Assembly: GCA_964016885.1 (NCBI GenBank)
Contig: CAXHJY010001243.1
Location: forward strand, 1-24,345
Origin: Eledone cirrhosa
Lineage: Eukaryota
Direction of reading: 5' to 3'
Length of the DNA stretch: 24,345 nt
A program made the translations under genes and the position numbers. The notes below the pieces were generated by a model. It saw only the letters and a program-made list of their open reading frames with translations. It was not told the origin of the DNA and searched no databases. Below, one piece after another: positions 11,320-22,530 of this stretch (positions within the stretch are counted from its first letter, which is position 1; each line of letters starts with the position of its first letter).

Positions 11320-11697
11320 CTGCAAAGATAAAAATGAAACTAAAGTAACAAGATAAGAGATAGGCAAAGAAAAGGGGAGAGAGAAACAAAGAGACAGATT
11401 ATGTTTGCGTTTTAGAAAATGGACATTTTTTTTAGTTTGATATGCTTGAGATTTGAACTAAATGCTGTACAATCTTTTGTATATCCCACATATGTTTTAA
11501 ATTCAAATCCAGCGTACATGAATGTACCTATAGTCTCTTGCTTGTTAGAATGAACTAGTTATATATATGAACTAGTTATAAAATGAAATTTATTTAATCG
11601 ATCATACCACTTATTTCGTTATTCTGTATATAAATATCTTCAAATTCCTGCTTATTTGAAAGACTTATTACACAGAATAGTAGTTTTAGTTGACTTA

Positions 11698-12006
11698 CCG
11701 TATTTCCCGGCGTTGAAGACGCTACTTTTTTTTCTAAAATAAGTTTCAAAAATTTACCATGCGTCCTGGAGGCTGAAGGTTGTTTATTTATTTTTTCCAT
11801 AGTTACGTCCCTTTATGATCTGAGTTCAAATCCCGCCGAGGTTAACTTTGCCTTTCATCCTTACGGGATCGATAAAATAAAGTACCAGTAATGCGCTGGG
11901 TAATTGCTGGTCTCGTGCCAAAAGTAGAAACAATTATTTTTTTTCACATTTTTGGTTGTCAAAATTAAGGTGCATCCTCGAGGACGAAGCATCTTCGGCA
12001 CCGGGA
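11698..12006. mobile_element. Tc1/pogo MITE (family of 1630) with nested 5'-truncated SINE A (11801-11935, +)
   Basis: Colinear with 1630-1789 once the SINE is removed; the right TIR is truncated. Confidence 0.85.
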
Positions 12007-12160
12007 CGTTAAATCCCTAAATCACATTTTTCGATTTTTATTTTTCATATCACGTCAATTTTTTCTGACTTATACGCGTATTGGTGCTAACGAAGTTCTA
12101 GATATTCTTAAGTATATTTAGGGCATTATATTATATCATATATATATATATATATATATA

Positions 12161-12457
12161 TACGATATTAAATAAATGGAAACTATATTTATAAAACCAT
12201 ATTTATTTCATTATATATATTTCAGGGATATCATATTAACAATATGTTATGCCTTCCTCAGACAAAATACAATATAGACAGTTTTATAGATAAATAGATT
12301 TGACATACCTGAAATATATATAATGAAATAAATATGGTTTTATAAATATAGTTTCCATTTATTTAATATCGTAAATATACTCCAAATACTTGTTGAGTGC
12401 TTTTATATCAGTTATAAATATTTACTAGTTGTAACCCAACAATTTAAATATAACTTT

Positions 12458-12460
<3 letters not shown>
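12161..12460. mobile_element. Probable Penelope-like terminus: 66-bp inverted arms plus one-sided extension, between (TA)n tracts
   Basis: Arms at 12161-12226 and 12308-12373 are near-perfect; extension at 12374-12460. Confidence 0.55.
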
Positions 12461-12487
<27 letters not shown>

Positions 12488-12491
<4 letters not shown>

Positions 12492-12674
12492 GTTTCTACT
12501 TTTGGCACAAGGCCAGCAATTATTCCAGTGCATTACTGGTGCTTTATTTTATCGACACCGAAAGGATGAAAGACAAAGTTAACCTCGGCGGATTTGAACT
12601 CAGTATGTAAAGGGCCATAACTCTATGCTGCAAAGCATAGTGTCCGACGCTCTGCCGATACTGCCAATCCACCG
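12488..12674 (-). mobile_element. SINE family A
   Basis: Full-length reverse copy. Confidence 0.9.
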
Positions 12675-13059
12675 ATCTTGAACAACTCGGCTCCTCTGTG
12701 TTCGGACCTGATGTACATGTATGCGCATGCTTACTGTCTTATCATATAGACATATTTAAGTAACCCTTATGGTCACATGTGAGTGAGTGTGTGGTACTTC
12801 TCAACCCCCTTTTTTCCTATCTTTGCCTTTTCCCTCCTTTTCCTTTCACCTGTCGTCTGTTGCCACACATCAACTCCGGCGATCATACAATGCTTTGTGT
12901 TTTTTTACCATCATAGAAAATGTGCATATCCTGTTTCTCTACATATATCTAAATTTCTATTCAACAAAATAAACAAGGTTTAACAGTTAATTAATCTATT
13001 GTTTTATGATCGTTTTTTAGGGAAAAAAAAAAGAATGTCGCTGTGTTGACCAATCGATA

Positions 13060-13566
13060 TCGCCCACACAACCGGCCTGATATTGGGGGACCTAAAAATA
13101 AAATCTGCCACCAAATTAAACCACAACCGGCCTGATAGTCTTGTTTGAAGCCAAACATTAAAATATGCTACCCACATGATGTCAATGTAGTAAGAAAAAT
13201 ACAAGGAAAGGAGGATATCTACCGACCATTGATGAAGAAATTGCGTGTCCAGAACCCGAGATACACGTTCGGCTTCGTACCTAATATTATTTGAGCTACA
13301 GGATATATACCAACCCGCCTGGGCCAAAGTATGACTTTACATGGATTTGTAGAGAAAGAACGTCGTTCCGTTATTCATAAGCTAAAAATGGCCGCGATAT
13401 ATGGAACCTTCAAAATCTGTAAAACATTCTTACGGTTCAAAGGTTGAATGCTTACACAAAAGACGACGACTATTTCCTTTTCTTTACAATCTTGCCAGCG
13501 GGAAGGAGGTCAGTCAAAAATAGACTCAAAATTAAGAGAAAGTTAGGAAAGCACACACACACACAC
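13060..13566 (+). mobile_element. Non-LTR retrotransposon 3' fragment with restriction-like endonuclease (R4/NeSL/CRE-type)
   Basis: IKSATKLNHNRPDSLV*...ICYPHDVNVVRKIQGKEDIYRPL...FVPNII*ATGYIP...GTFKICKTFLRFKG* (RPD..P.D...K..Y RLE signature). The 3'UTR ends in (CA)n. Confidence 0.85.
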
Positions 13567-13776
13567 AAACCGATTGTTGACATTAATGTCGAAGAGTAAA
13601 TTTCATCTCACTGTAAAGCCACTGTAATTATCTGTAAAGCCACTGTAATTATCTGGACCACTTAAAAGTCTAGAGATTTGTAATCTAGATTGCTCAATGT
13701 TATCAATTCAAATTGTACATAAGTGTTCTGAACACAATACTGCTATCACTCCAATATTTTATATCCCATTAAAATA

Positions 13777-13903
13777 CTTGCTGTAGTATTGGGTTGTATA
13801 AGAAGCCACGTTAAGTATGCTGGGAATATATATGTCGAATTTGATTGGTTTACGCTCTCTAGGTTGGGGACAATATTTTGGAGTTGAAATTAGTCCCGTT
13901 CAT
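13777..13903 (-). pseudogene. Frame-broken paralogue of coding exon 1 (pseudo-exon or alternative first exon)
   Basis: RERKPIKFDIYIPSILNVASYTTQYYSK aligns without gaps to RTRGPIKVRQYKSNAPSGTTYQREYCDR (8/28 identical). The ATG at 13903 is 1 nt out of frame and the gt donor is 1 nt early. Confidence 0.5.
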
Positions 13904-14330
13904 TTTCTTTAGTTTGCTATTACTACAGAGTATTGAAGTTAGGTTGAAGTAATTGACTAACTGTAACATTAATGATTGTCTTTATAGCTGGGTTCTGAAC
14001 AACTTATTAATTGCCTTCTTGGTTATCTTTTAATTCAGAAATGAGTGTTCTTAGTCGTGTAAACGCTTGAAAGCTTAGTTACTTTTGTGATCCCGATATC
14101 AAGTCTAAAATGAAACCAAACTTTATCTGAGAAATAAATTGATTATCACTAACATCTGAGAAAAAGATTGATTATCACCAACATTTCAAAGTTTTACTCA
14201 ATCGTTTAATGCATTTTTCTGTACAAAATTAAAATTCTAAAGCAGTGTATATGATTCTTAAAAAGAATAACATTAAATAATTAACATTTAGCTATATAAA
14301 CTATGGTTTGAATAATAATAAAAAAATTTA

Positions 14331-14590
14331 AGGAGCGTGGCCTAGTCGTAAGGGTGTTGGATTTACGATTATAATGTGGGTTCGATTCATGGACTGGGTT
14401 CTGTTTTGTGTTCTTGAGCAAAATGATTCATTTCACGTTGCCCCAGTATACTCAGCTGAAGGTTTAACCTTGCGATGGACTGTTTTACTGTCCAGAGGGA
14501 ATCTTATACTCTCAGTCACTTAATGCCATGGAAACCTGGATAAGCACGGCCTGGTGAGCCTCCGGGTTCGAGACAGACTTTAGACTTTAG
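14331..14590 (+). mobile_element. tRNA-derived SINE with conserved core (Meta/CORE-like) and L2-like tail
   Basis: A box tggcctagt and B box ggttcgattc, then ttcttgagcaa, ccttgcgatggact..gtccagaggg and an (agacttt)n end. Confidence 0.75.
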
Positions 14591-14628
14591 CTAAAGCTTT
14601 CATCTTCAGTAATATAAAATAGACTTAC

Positions 14629-14724
14629 TCTATCACAATATTCACGCTGGTAGGTTGTTCCGCTCGGTGCATTTGACTTATATTGACGAACCTTGATCGG
14701 TCCTCGTGTTCGATTACTGAACAT
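14629..14724 (-). CDS. Coding exon 1 of SAXO-like Mn-motif microtubule inner protein (MFSNRTRGPIKVRQYKSNAPSGTTYQREYCDR)
   Basis: ATG preceded by an in-frame TAA. Ends in phase 0 at AGA|gtaagt. The exon starts at a strong acceptor ctctctttcctttacag| (exon 14813-14629; 5'UTR 14813-14725). Contains TTYQREY. Confidence 0.8.
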
Positions 14725-14732
14725 CTTACGTA

Positions 14733-14753
14733 TTATTTATAAACGAGCACCAT
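14733..14753 (-). promoter_or_regulatory. Short upstream ORF (MVLVYK*) in the 5'UTR
   Basis: ATG GTG CTC GTT TAT AAA TAA ends 8 nt before the main ATG. Confidence 0.5.
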
Positions 14754-15280
14754 AGACTCGAAATAATGTTGTGATGAACAAATTCCGGGAATCAGGCTCG
14801 AGGTTAGAATAGACTGTAAAGGAAAGAGAGATTATATACAGGCGTCAGTTATATGTATAAGTGTGCATCATCAGTTGATGTTCATAAGCATAAATACTAT
14901 AAGCTTTTAGCTTATTTTCTTCTTAGCATCCAAACGAAGTTAACCCTTCTGAATATGATTAACGAACCAGAAACGGCCATTAGGGTGCACTTCCTTGGTT
15001 TCTAAAGACTAGTGGTAAATTTCACCACTTCTAAAATTCATAGCAGGGCTGTAAAAAAAATGTTATTTACATGGACATTTTGTATATTATTCAATATAAA
15101 ACCCCAGTCACATAGTGAGGAGACTTTTAAATGGTAGCAGAAAAATAGCAATTTTAATACGAAGCACATAAACCTAATTTAGATGACAAAAAGTTCTTAC
15201 ATCGTTTAATCCTTACAATTGTTTCGATACAAAGTTTCTTCTTTAAACACAAGCCTAGGCAAATATAATCATAATAATAA

Positions 15281-15557
15281 TGTTTATATTTTTGGCACAA
15301 GACCAGCAATTACCCGAGTGCATTACTGGTGCTTTATTTTCGAACCCCATAAGGATGAAAGGCAAAGTTAACCTCAGCGGATTTGAACTCAAAATGTAAA
15401 GGGCCATAACTCTATGCTGCAAAGCATGGTGCCCGACGCTCTACCGATGCTGCCAAACCAATTAATTGTTTCTACTATAGGCACAAGACCAGCAATTACT
15501 CCAGTGTATTACTGGTGCTTTATTTTATCGACTCCGTAAGGATGAAAGGCAAAGTTT
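15281..15557 (-). mobile_element. Two tandem SINE family A copies (15281-15440; partial 15443-15557)
   Basis: Reverse-strand matches to family A. Confidence 0.88.
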
Positions 15558-15696
15558 AATATTAATGATAATAATTATAATAATAGAAATAAGAAGAATA
15601 GTGTATATACTTTACACTAGTTTGTGTTTAAAAAAGATTGTATTTCCTCAGAAGATTAAAAATCTGCATCAAATAAAAGCGACTACATCTCTACTA

Positions 15697-15701
<5 letters not shown>

Positions 15702-15752
<51 letters not shown>

Positions 15753-15766
15753 CACACACCCAACAC

Positions 15767-15862
<96 letters not shown>
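15702..15862. repeat. (TA)n microsatellite
   Basis: Directly visible. Confidence 0.95.
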
Positions 15863-15865
<3 letters not shown>

Positions 15866-16731
15866 GGTAGATAAGGTTTTGTTTATGTATATCAGGAATG
15901 AATGCTTAAACAAGACAGCTGCGTAGTGAATAGTTACTTCCACTACTATAGGCTTTCTGATGATGAGTAATAAATAATTAAGTATTGCATATGATTGTCA
16001 CCTTAATAGTGACCTGGCCAGGATTAATCGGATCTTTTACCATTTCAACACTGAATGAAACAGAATTAGTCCTGTAAAAGTCATTTAAAGTACTTTCCCT
16101 ATTAGATGTATTACGTACCGGAGTATCTTACTTTAATTCTGGTTCCTTTTCGTTCTTTAACGGAACGCCATTCTATTTTATATTTACCAACCGTCATAAT
16201 CGTTGCCTACAAGCAGCACGACACGATAAATCTGGTAAGGCACGATTAACATCTAGCGATAGATGGAAAGTATTCGTTGTCTTCGTGTGACAATTATGAA
16301 TACGATTTTGAAAGGGCTTTTTACAGAATGCATGGACAAGGTGCAGAAGTCGGAGAGACAATAACAACAAATACCCAGGGGTAATTCATTTACCTGTATT
16401 ATTGGCAATCTCTGACATTCCTAGCTATGTATGTGACCAAAAACGAATTTAGTCGATCGCCGAACCACGAGGTTATAATTGTTTCTACTTTTTGCACAAG
16501 GCCAGCAATTATCCCAGTGTATTACCATTACTCATTAATGTTTACTCATTATAACCACGAGGTTACAATGAGTAAACGTTGCATATGTCGAATACGCGCG
16601 TTTCAACGAGAAAGTTATTTCACTCAGTTCGTCAGTTCGCCATTTTTGTATGTTACAACTTGTCCCTTGGACTGACTGCCTTTCGATATTTTTTACTCTC
16701 TAAAGTGGTCGTGTAGGAGACTCGTACATGC

Positions 16732-16734
<3 letters not shown>

Positions 16735-16829
<95 letters not shown>

Positions 16830-17115
16830 GTGTACATATATATATATATATATACACATATATATACATATATATAGGCACCTATAATGTGTCGTGTAAG
16901 AGACACGGTAAAAAGGCTCCTAGTTCACACTGTAAATGTGGTTGGTGTTAGGAAGGGCATCCAGCCATAGAAAACCTGCCAGAAACAGTTCTGTACGTGC
17001 GAGACACGGTCACCTGACCAATCTTGCCTCAAGTGGGACAGACCCGTCCAACCCCTGCTAGCGCATGGAAGATGGACGTTAAACAATGATGATGATGATG
17101 ATGATGAGGAAGATG

Positions 17116-17195
<80 letters not shown>
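16735..17195. repeat. (TA)n/(TG)n microsatellites flanking a SINE
   Basis: Tracts at 16735-16876 and 17116-17195. Confidence 0.95.
16878..17105 (+). mobile_element. SINE family B 3' portion
   Basis: Same core and (GAT)n tail. Confidence 0.85.
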
Positions 17196-17196
<1 letters not shown>

Positions 17197-17433
17197 ATAT
17201 AGATGCTAACTACGCAACTACGTCGTTCCAGGGCCGATCCCACTGCGTGCGCGTGCGCGTGAGCATATATGTTTATCTTTATATTTAAAGTCTAAAGATA
17301 TGTGTAGTTTACGTTAGTGTCGTTTTATGTTCCGAAACAAGAGGTTCTACAAACAAATAAGTCCCAAACTAAAATATTTACTGAATCCAATGGTTGAGAC
17401 CAGTAAAAGGATATATTTATAGGTTTTTAAGTA

Positions 17434-17770
17434 ATGCTGAGGATGGCTCTGAACATTAATCAGTATACACTGAGGATGAAAAACTCAGAGCTGTACGGGA
17501 GTCTCCCAAAAGTCAGCTCGAGGGTGGCACAGAAGAGATTGAGATTAGCTGGACATGCTCACCGACAGCCAGAGTTGACACTGCATTCAGTCCTCCTGTG
17601 GGAGCCCCTGCATGGATACACTGGAAGAGAAAGACCGAGGTTAACATATGTTGATGTCCTAAGGGCAGACACTGGTCTGTTGGAGACGCAGAACATGGCA
17701 GTGATAATGAGGGACAGAGACCGCTGGAGAGAACTCGTCCATGGATCTCGGGAATTTTACCCACCCTATA
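17434..17770 (+). mobile_element. RTE-like LINE ORF2 C-terminal fragment
   Basis: [60 protein letters not shown], a typical post-RT C-terminus. Confidence 0.9.
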
Positions 17771-18087
17771 TTGGACTCAGTAAATATTTTTATCTTAATA
17801 AAAAAAAAAGCATTACCTTGTTTAAAGAGAGTATTTTCACTCTGAATTGATCTAGATATTATATAATCAATTTCTCCCTATATCGTTCCTCTATTTTAAA
17901 AGGAAATTAAGCCATTCCATCACTGTCTTTCTGAATAAAAATTAACAGAAAGTGTAAAATATTTATAACGGAATTATGAGGTCATAAATAAGTGTGACGT
18001 CAAAACTAGTAAATATAAATTTGTTTTGACAATGAATAAAACTAACTTGTATTGGGATGGAAATACTATTACTTAAATGGACATATT

Positions 18088-18680
18088 GATTTCTAGCTTT
18101 GGTACAAAGCCAGACATTTTTGTGGGGAAGATATAATCGATTAAATTGAATTCAGTACTTGATTGGCCCTATTTTTATTGATCCCGGTGTGTAAAGATGG
18201 CCGCGGCGAGATTTGAACAGAGAATGTATTAGGACGTAACTAAATAGCATTTATAATGTGATGGCTCGGAGATTCAGTAGAGTGCTGGACAATATAGATG
18301 TCAATATTTATTTATGTTCTGCAGGTCGATGGATTGGCAGTATCGGTAGAGTGTCAGACACCATGCTTTGCAGCATAGAGTTATGACCTTTTACGTTCTG
18401 AGTTCAAATCCCGTCGAGGTTAACTTTTCCTTTCATCCTTACAGGGTCGATAAAATAAAGCACCAGTAATGCACTGGGGTAATTGCTGGCCTTGTGCCAA
18501 AAGTAGAAACAAATATTTATTTATGTTCTGCGGGTCGGTGTGTTAGCTGTATCGGTAGAGCGTCGGACAACCTGCTTTGTGGCATATAGTTACGCCCCTT
18601 TACGATTTGAGTTCAAATCCCGCCGAAGTTAGCTTTGCTTTTCATCCTTACGGGGTCGATAAAATAAAGAACCAGTAATG
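18088..18680. mobile_element. SINE family A cluster (old - copy 18088-18250; + copies 18325-18512 and 18532-18680)
   Basis: Family A matches; the duplicated flank aatatttatttatgttctgc precedes both + copies. Confidence 0.85.
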
Positions 18681-18758
18681 TATGTGAACCAATGAATGAG
18701 CCTCTACACAATCCATCGACTTGCTAGTAATAGCAACCAAATCTCCTTCAAATCACAG

Positions 18759-18932
18759 CAGACTTGTCAACTCTCCACGTTTTGGTGGGATGTGTGAGAG
18801 ATGTCTTCTCTTGTGAAACTGGGTATAGCTTTCATTATGTAAAATCTGCCTATTTTTCCTTTTTTCTCCCCGTTTTGAGGCACTTTTTTTAATGGTACTC
18901 TCCGTTTGCGTTTTTAGGGGTTGGCAGGTCTG
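18759..18932. mobile_element. hAT-like MITE
   Basis: TIRs cagacttgtcaac / gttggcaggtctg; flanks tcacag/tcacgg. Confidence 0.55.
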
Positions 18933-18949
18933 TCACGGTACTACTGTTT

Positions 18950-19272
18950 TCAAAAAGAAGTTAGCATATTGGATGATATAGCCCTAGGTACACTGTATAT
19001 TAATAAAATACGTGATGATCACGCTTGGAATAGCTTTAGTTATAGGTCTGTTGGATCAGAACAAACCTGGAGCAACACAACAAAGATAACATTGATTTTT
19101 TAGATACAAGGTAACAAATGCTTTTCAGAAATACAAAGTTCCGGTCCTCAACGACAGATAGCACACTCCTCATTAAATAAATAAATCTTTGCCTTGTTAT
19201 CTAAACTCATTTTCATAAACGGCTGACAGATCACAACATAACCCTTAAGGATCGAACAAAGGTAAGGATTTA

Positions 19273-19275
<3 letters not shown>
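18950..19275 (+). mobile_element. Possible highly degraded Penelope-type RT fragment
   Basis: ILDDI..., LEQHNKDNIDFLDT and TTDSTLL resemble RT YxDD/FLD/KPT motifs in the expected order; ends in (TA)n. Confidence 0.35.
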
Positions 19276-19351
<76 letters not shown>

Positions 19352-19669
19352 GGCTTGTTAAAATCCCACTCTGTTGTTTTCGTAGTTGGTGTAGTTGTTG
19401 TTAATTTAGCATTAGATTTATACATGTGATCGTTGGGATATTTGAATATGTTACTAACTGCTTCAGTACAAATCTTGAGAACCTGGACTTCACAGAACCA
19501 GAAAAGATACGGCTAATTAGTAAATTACAAGTACAGTTCATTAAGGGATCTGTAGAATGTGTAGAATATGTAATAATTGTATACACACATGTATAGATAT
19601 AGTAATTAACTTATATGTACATATATAACACAAAATATGCAGATCTACATACGCAAAAACATCCATAAC

Positions 19670-19845
19670 TGCACAAACACACACACACAGACACACATAC
19701 ACACACACATGCACACACACACACAAACATACACACACACAAACACACACAAACACAAATACACATACACACACACATACACACACTCTTACACACACTC
19801 ATACACACACACACACATATACATATATACATACATATAAACATA
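19670..19845. repeat. Imperfect (CA)n microsatellite
   Basis: Directly visible. Confidence 0.95.
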
Positions 19846-19890
19846 CTAGATTCTTAATATATGTATAAATGTACCATTAAAACTAATAAT

Positions 19891-19991
19891 AATTGTTTCT
19901 ACATTTGGCACAAGGCCAGCAATTACTCAGTGCATTACTGGTACTTTATTTGATCGATCCCGTAGGGATGAAAAGCAAAGTTAACCCCGGC
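19891..19991 (-). mobile_element. SINE family A, 5'-truncated
   Basis: Reverse match to the family A 3' half. Confidence 0.85.
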
Positions 19992-20332
19992 ATATATATA
20001 TATATATACATACAGACAAATATACATATATATAGACATACATTTATACAAGTATTTATACATATATATATATATAACGGCGATGATTTAGTTTTGCGAG
20101 GTTTTTTATATGAAATCGTGTGTCGAAACAAATATTGTTATACTTGGGGAGGGTCATATTTGTGTAATATTGCCAGAATTAATAACAGAACACAGTCACT
20201 GTTTGGTTGGTTTTCGCTTCTGTGTCTTTTATATCGGTTAATTTAATTTATTCGGTTCTCAATGTTGCCATTGACTGACCAACGGTCAAAAATACAGATA
20301 CAATATAAACACAAACACATATATATAGTCTA

Positions 20333-20372
20333 TCAAAGTTCTTTTGTTGCACATCTGCAACATCATCAGTGT
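20333..20372 (-). ncRNA. Second hammerhead motif copy (G12A core mutation)
   Basis: aca CTGATGA t GTTGCA gatg TGCAAC AAAA gaac TT tga: perfect stem II, but GAAA is mutated to AAAA. Confidence 0.55.
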
Positions 20373-20890
20373 TGCTATTATGTTTTCTCCCGTTGCATTG
20401 TATGTTTACGCCATCTTTATTTAGTCTGTTTATTTATTTATTTATTTGTTTATTTTTTTGTCTTCTCTGCGCATGCGTTTGCTTATAGTGCTTTGTTTGA
20501 TGTGTGTTCTTGTTTGGGTGACTGTGTATTGGTTAATCTATTCTATCTTAGTTTACTAGTGTGTGTTTATATGTGTTTGTTGTTATTGTCCTTATGTATG
20601 TATTTATCTATTTATTTATTTATCTATCTATCTATTTATACTTCTCTTAGGTCAGTGTTATTTGTTTGGGTGTTGTTGTTATTCCATTCATTTTTTTCTG
20701 TTTAGCCTTGGCCTTCTAAGTTCTATTTGGCTGGCCTCTCTGATTTGCCTATCTGCTGGGTCATTTCTATGTTTAGATATTATTCTAACTTCTATGTTGT
20801 CTATGTTACCGTTGTGTTGTTGTCTGGCATGTTCGTATAGTACTGAACGAACATGTACATTCAGTACATTCGGGCGGAAACATAATAGCA

Positions 20891-20930
20891 ACACTGACGA
20901 TGTTGCAGATGTGTAACGAAAGAACTTTGA
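20891..20930 (+). ncRNA. Minimal type I hammerhead ribozyme motif in the inverted pLTR
   Basis: aca CTGACGA t GTTGCA gatg TGTAAC GAAA gaac TT tga: both core boxes, a 6-bp stem II, minimal stem III and weak stem I. Confidence 0.65.
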
Positions 20931-21185
20931 TAGACTATATATATATGTGTTTGTGTCTATATTGTATTTGTATTTTTGACCGTTGGTCAGTCAATGGCAA
21001 CATTGAGGACCGAATAAATTAAATTAACCGATATAATAGACACAGAAGCGATAACCAACCAAACAGTCAGTGTGTTCTGTTATTAATTCTGGCAATATTA
21101 CACAAATATGACCCTCCCCAAGTATAACAATATATATATATATTAATTCTGGCAATATTACACAAATATGACCCTCCCCAAGTAT

Positions 21186-21229
<44 letters not shown>

Positions 21230-21697
21230 ATACTTGGGGAGGGTCATATTTGTGTAATATTGCCAGAATTAATAACAGAACACACTCACTGTTTGGTTGG
21301 TTTTCGCTTTTCGCTTCCGGACGTCTCATGAGTTTACAGCGTTTAGTAGTCAATTCGAACATCTGTCCTCTCTTCGTCATTGATGTGAGACGTAGCTTCT
21401 CTGCAAGTATCATGTAAATGTTCTTGACCGCTTTATTCAGAAATGCTTAAGACATATTCTAAATGTCAACTAGTAGTCGTGGATTCCAGATAAAGACTTT
21501 AATGGGAGCCGATGTCTTGAGTATTGAGGCAATGTGGTACACAAGCAATGTTTTATGTTGGACCTTGTACGAATAAAAAGCAAAATTTTTGAAGTGGATG
21601 GGGTAAACTTAGTCTGCGGTATTTTTTTATTTTTTTATCATATTTGTCTTTTCAATTAATTCATAAGTCTAAAGAAAATGTTGACTACAATAAATTC

Positions 21698-21885
21698 ATG
21701 GAAATAGATTGCGTAACATACAGTACATGTGGGAAGGTTTGCAAATCTATTGGTGGATTAAAAAGATAGTGTTATACACCAGAAAACATTTCTGCATATT
21801 CATGTGGATATATACAGCTGTGTAACTATGCCAAAAACATACAGAACTTTGGCTGGCTTAAAGAGATACTTAAGGAAACAAGATG
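21698..21885 (+). pseudogene. Degraded C2H2 zinc-finger relic related to the 9305-9875 element
   Basis: TCGKVCKSIGGLKR(fs)SVIH ... KTYRTLAGLKRYLR. Confidence 0.6.
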
Positions 21886-21903
21886 TTTGAAATAGACAGC
21901 GGT

Positions 21904-22530
21904 TATCTTCCTCGTACGAGTGGACAGCTATTATATGGTTGTCTAACAACACTTGCTTTCTCCTCTCTTCCAAGTGATTGTCTTCCCCGTACAATTAATG
22001 GACAGCTATCATATGGTCGTCTAACAACACCTACTTTCTCCCTTCTTCCCTATGATTGTCTTCCTCGTACAACGAATGGACAGCTATCATATGGTTGTCT
22101 AACAACAACACTTGCTGTTGCCTTTCTTCCCAGTGATTGTCTTCCTCGTACAACGAATGCAAAGCTTTCATATGGTTGTCTAACAACCACACTTGCTGTT
22201 GCCTCTCTTCCCAGTGATTGTCTTCCTCGTACAACGAATGCAAAGCTTTCATATGGTTGTCTAACAACCACACTTGCTGTTGCCTCTCTTCCCAGTGATT
22301 GTCTTCCTCGTACTACGAATGCAAAGCTTTCATATGGTTGTCTAACAACAACACTTGCTGTTGCCTCTCTTCCCAGTGATTGTCTTCCTCGTACAACGAA
22401 TGCAAAGCTTTCATATGGTTGTCTAACAACAACACTTGCTGTTGCCTCTCTTCCCAGTGATTGTCTTCCTCGTACTACGAATGCAAAGCTTTCATATGGT
22501 TGTCTAACAACAACACTTGTTTTCTCCTTT
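21904..22530. repeat. 81-bp minisatellite, about 8 units (first two 75 and 78 bp)
   Basis: Units start at about 21904, 21979, 22057, 22138, 22219, 22300, 22381 and 22462; the later units are nearly identical. Confidence 0.95.

Larger units (their letters stand above)
20077..21310 (-). mobile_element. 5'-truncated Penelope-like retroelement: GIY-YIG C-terminus, inverted pLTRs and extra partial termini
   Basis: SVLYEHARQQHNGNIDNIEVRIISKHRNDPADRQIREASQIELRRPRLNRK(fs)NEW at about 20684-20850. ~250-bp inverted repeats at 20136-20385 and 20878-21129. One-sided extension at 20077-20135. Terminus repeated at 21141-21189 and 21226-21310 within (TA)n. Confidence 0.88.

Noticed and set aside
12678-12985. 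Solo LTR (ends aataaacaaggtttaaca)
   Set aside because: No clear TG start, TSD or second copy in the window.
13004-13327. 107-aa minus-strand ORF
   Set aside because: It is the antisense shadow of the RLE retrotransposon frame.
15960-16054. C/D box snoRNA (atgatga ... ctga)
   Set aside because: No convincing terminal stem, no recognisable guide and no plus-strand host gene.
20136-21129. Ginger-type DNA transposon or MITE (TGT...ACA ends, ATAT 'TSD'); same idea for 1408-1620
   Set aside because: The interior encodes a GIY-YIG fragment, the arms hold hammerhead motifs, and homology extends past one 'TIR'. The ATAT is explained by the (TA)n context.
21904-22530. CRISPR-like array
   Set aside because: Units are contiguous with no unique spacers; the context is eukaryotic and there are no cas genes.
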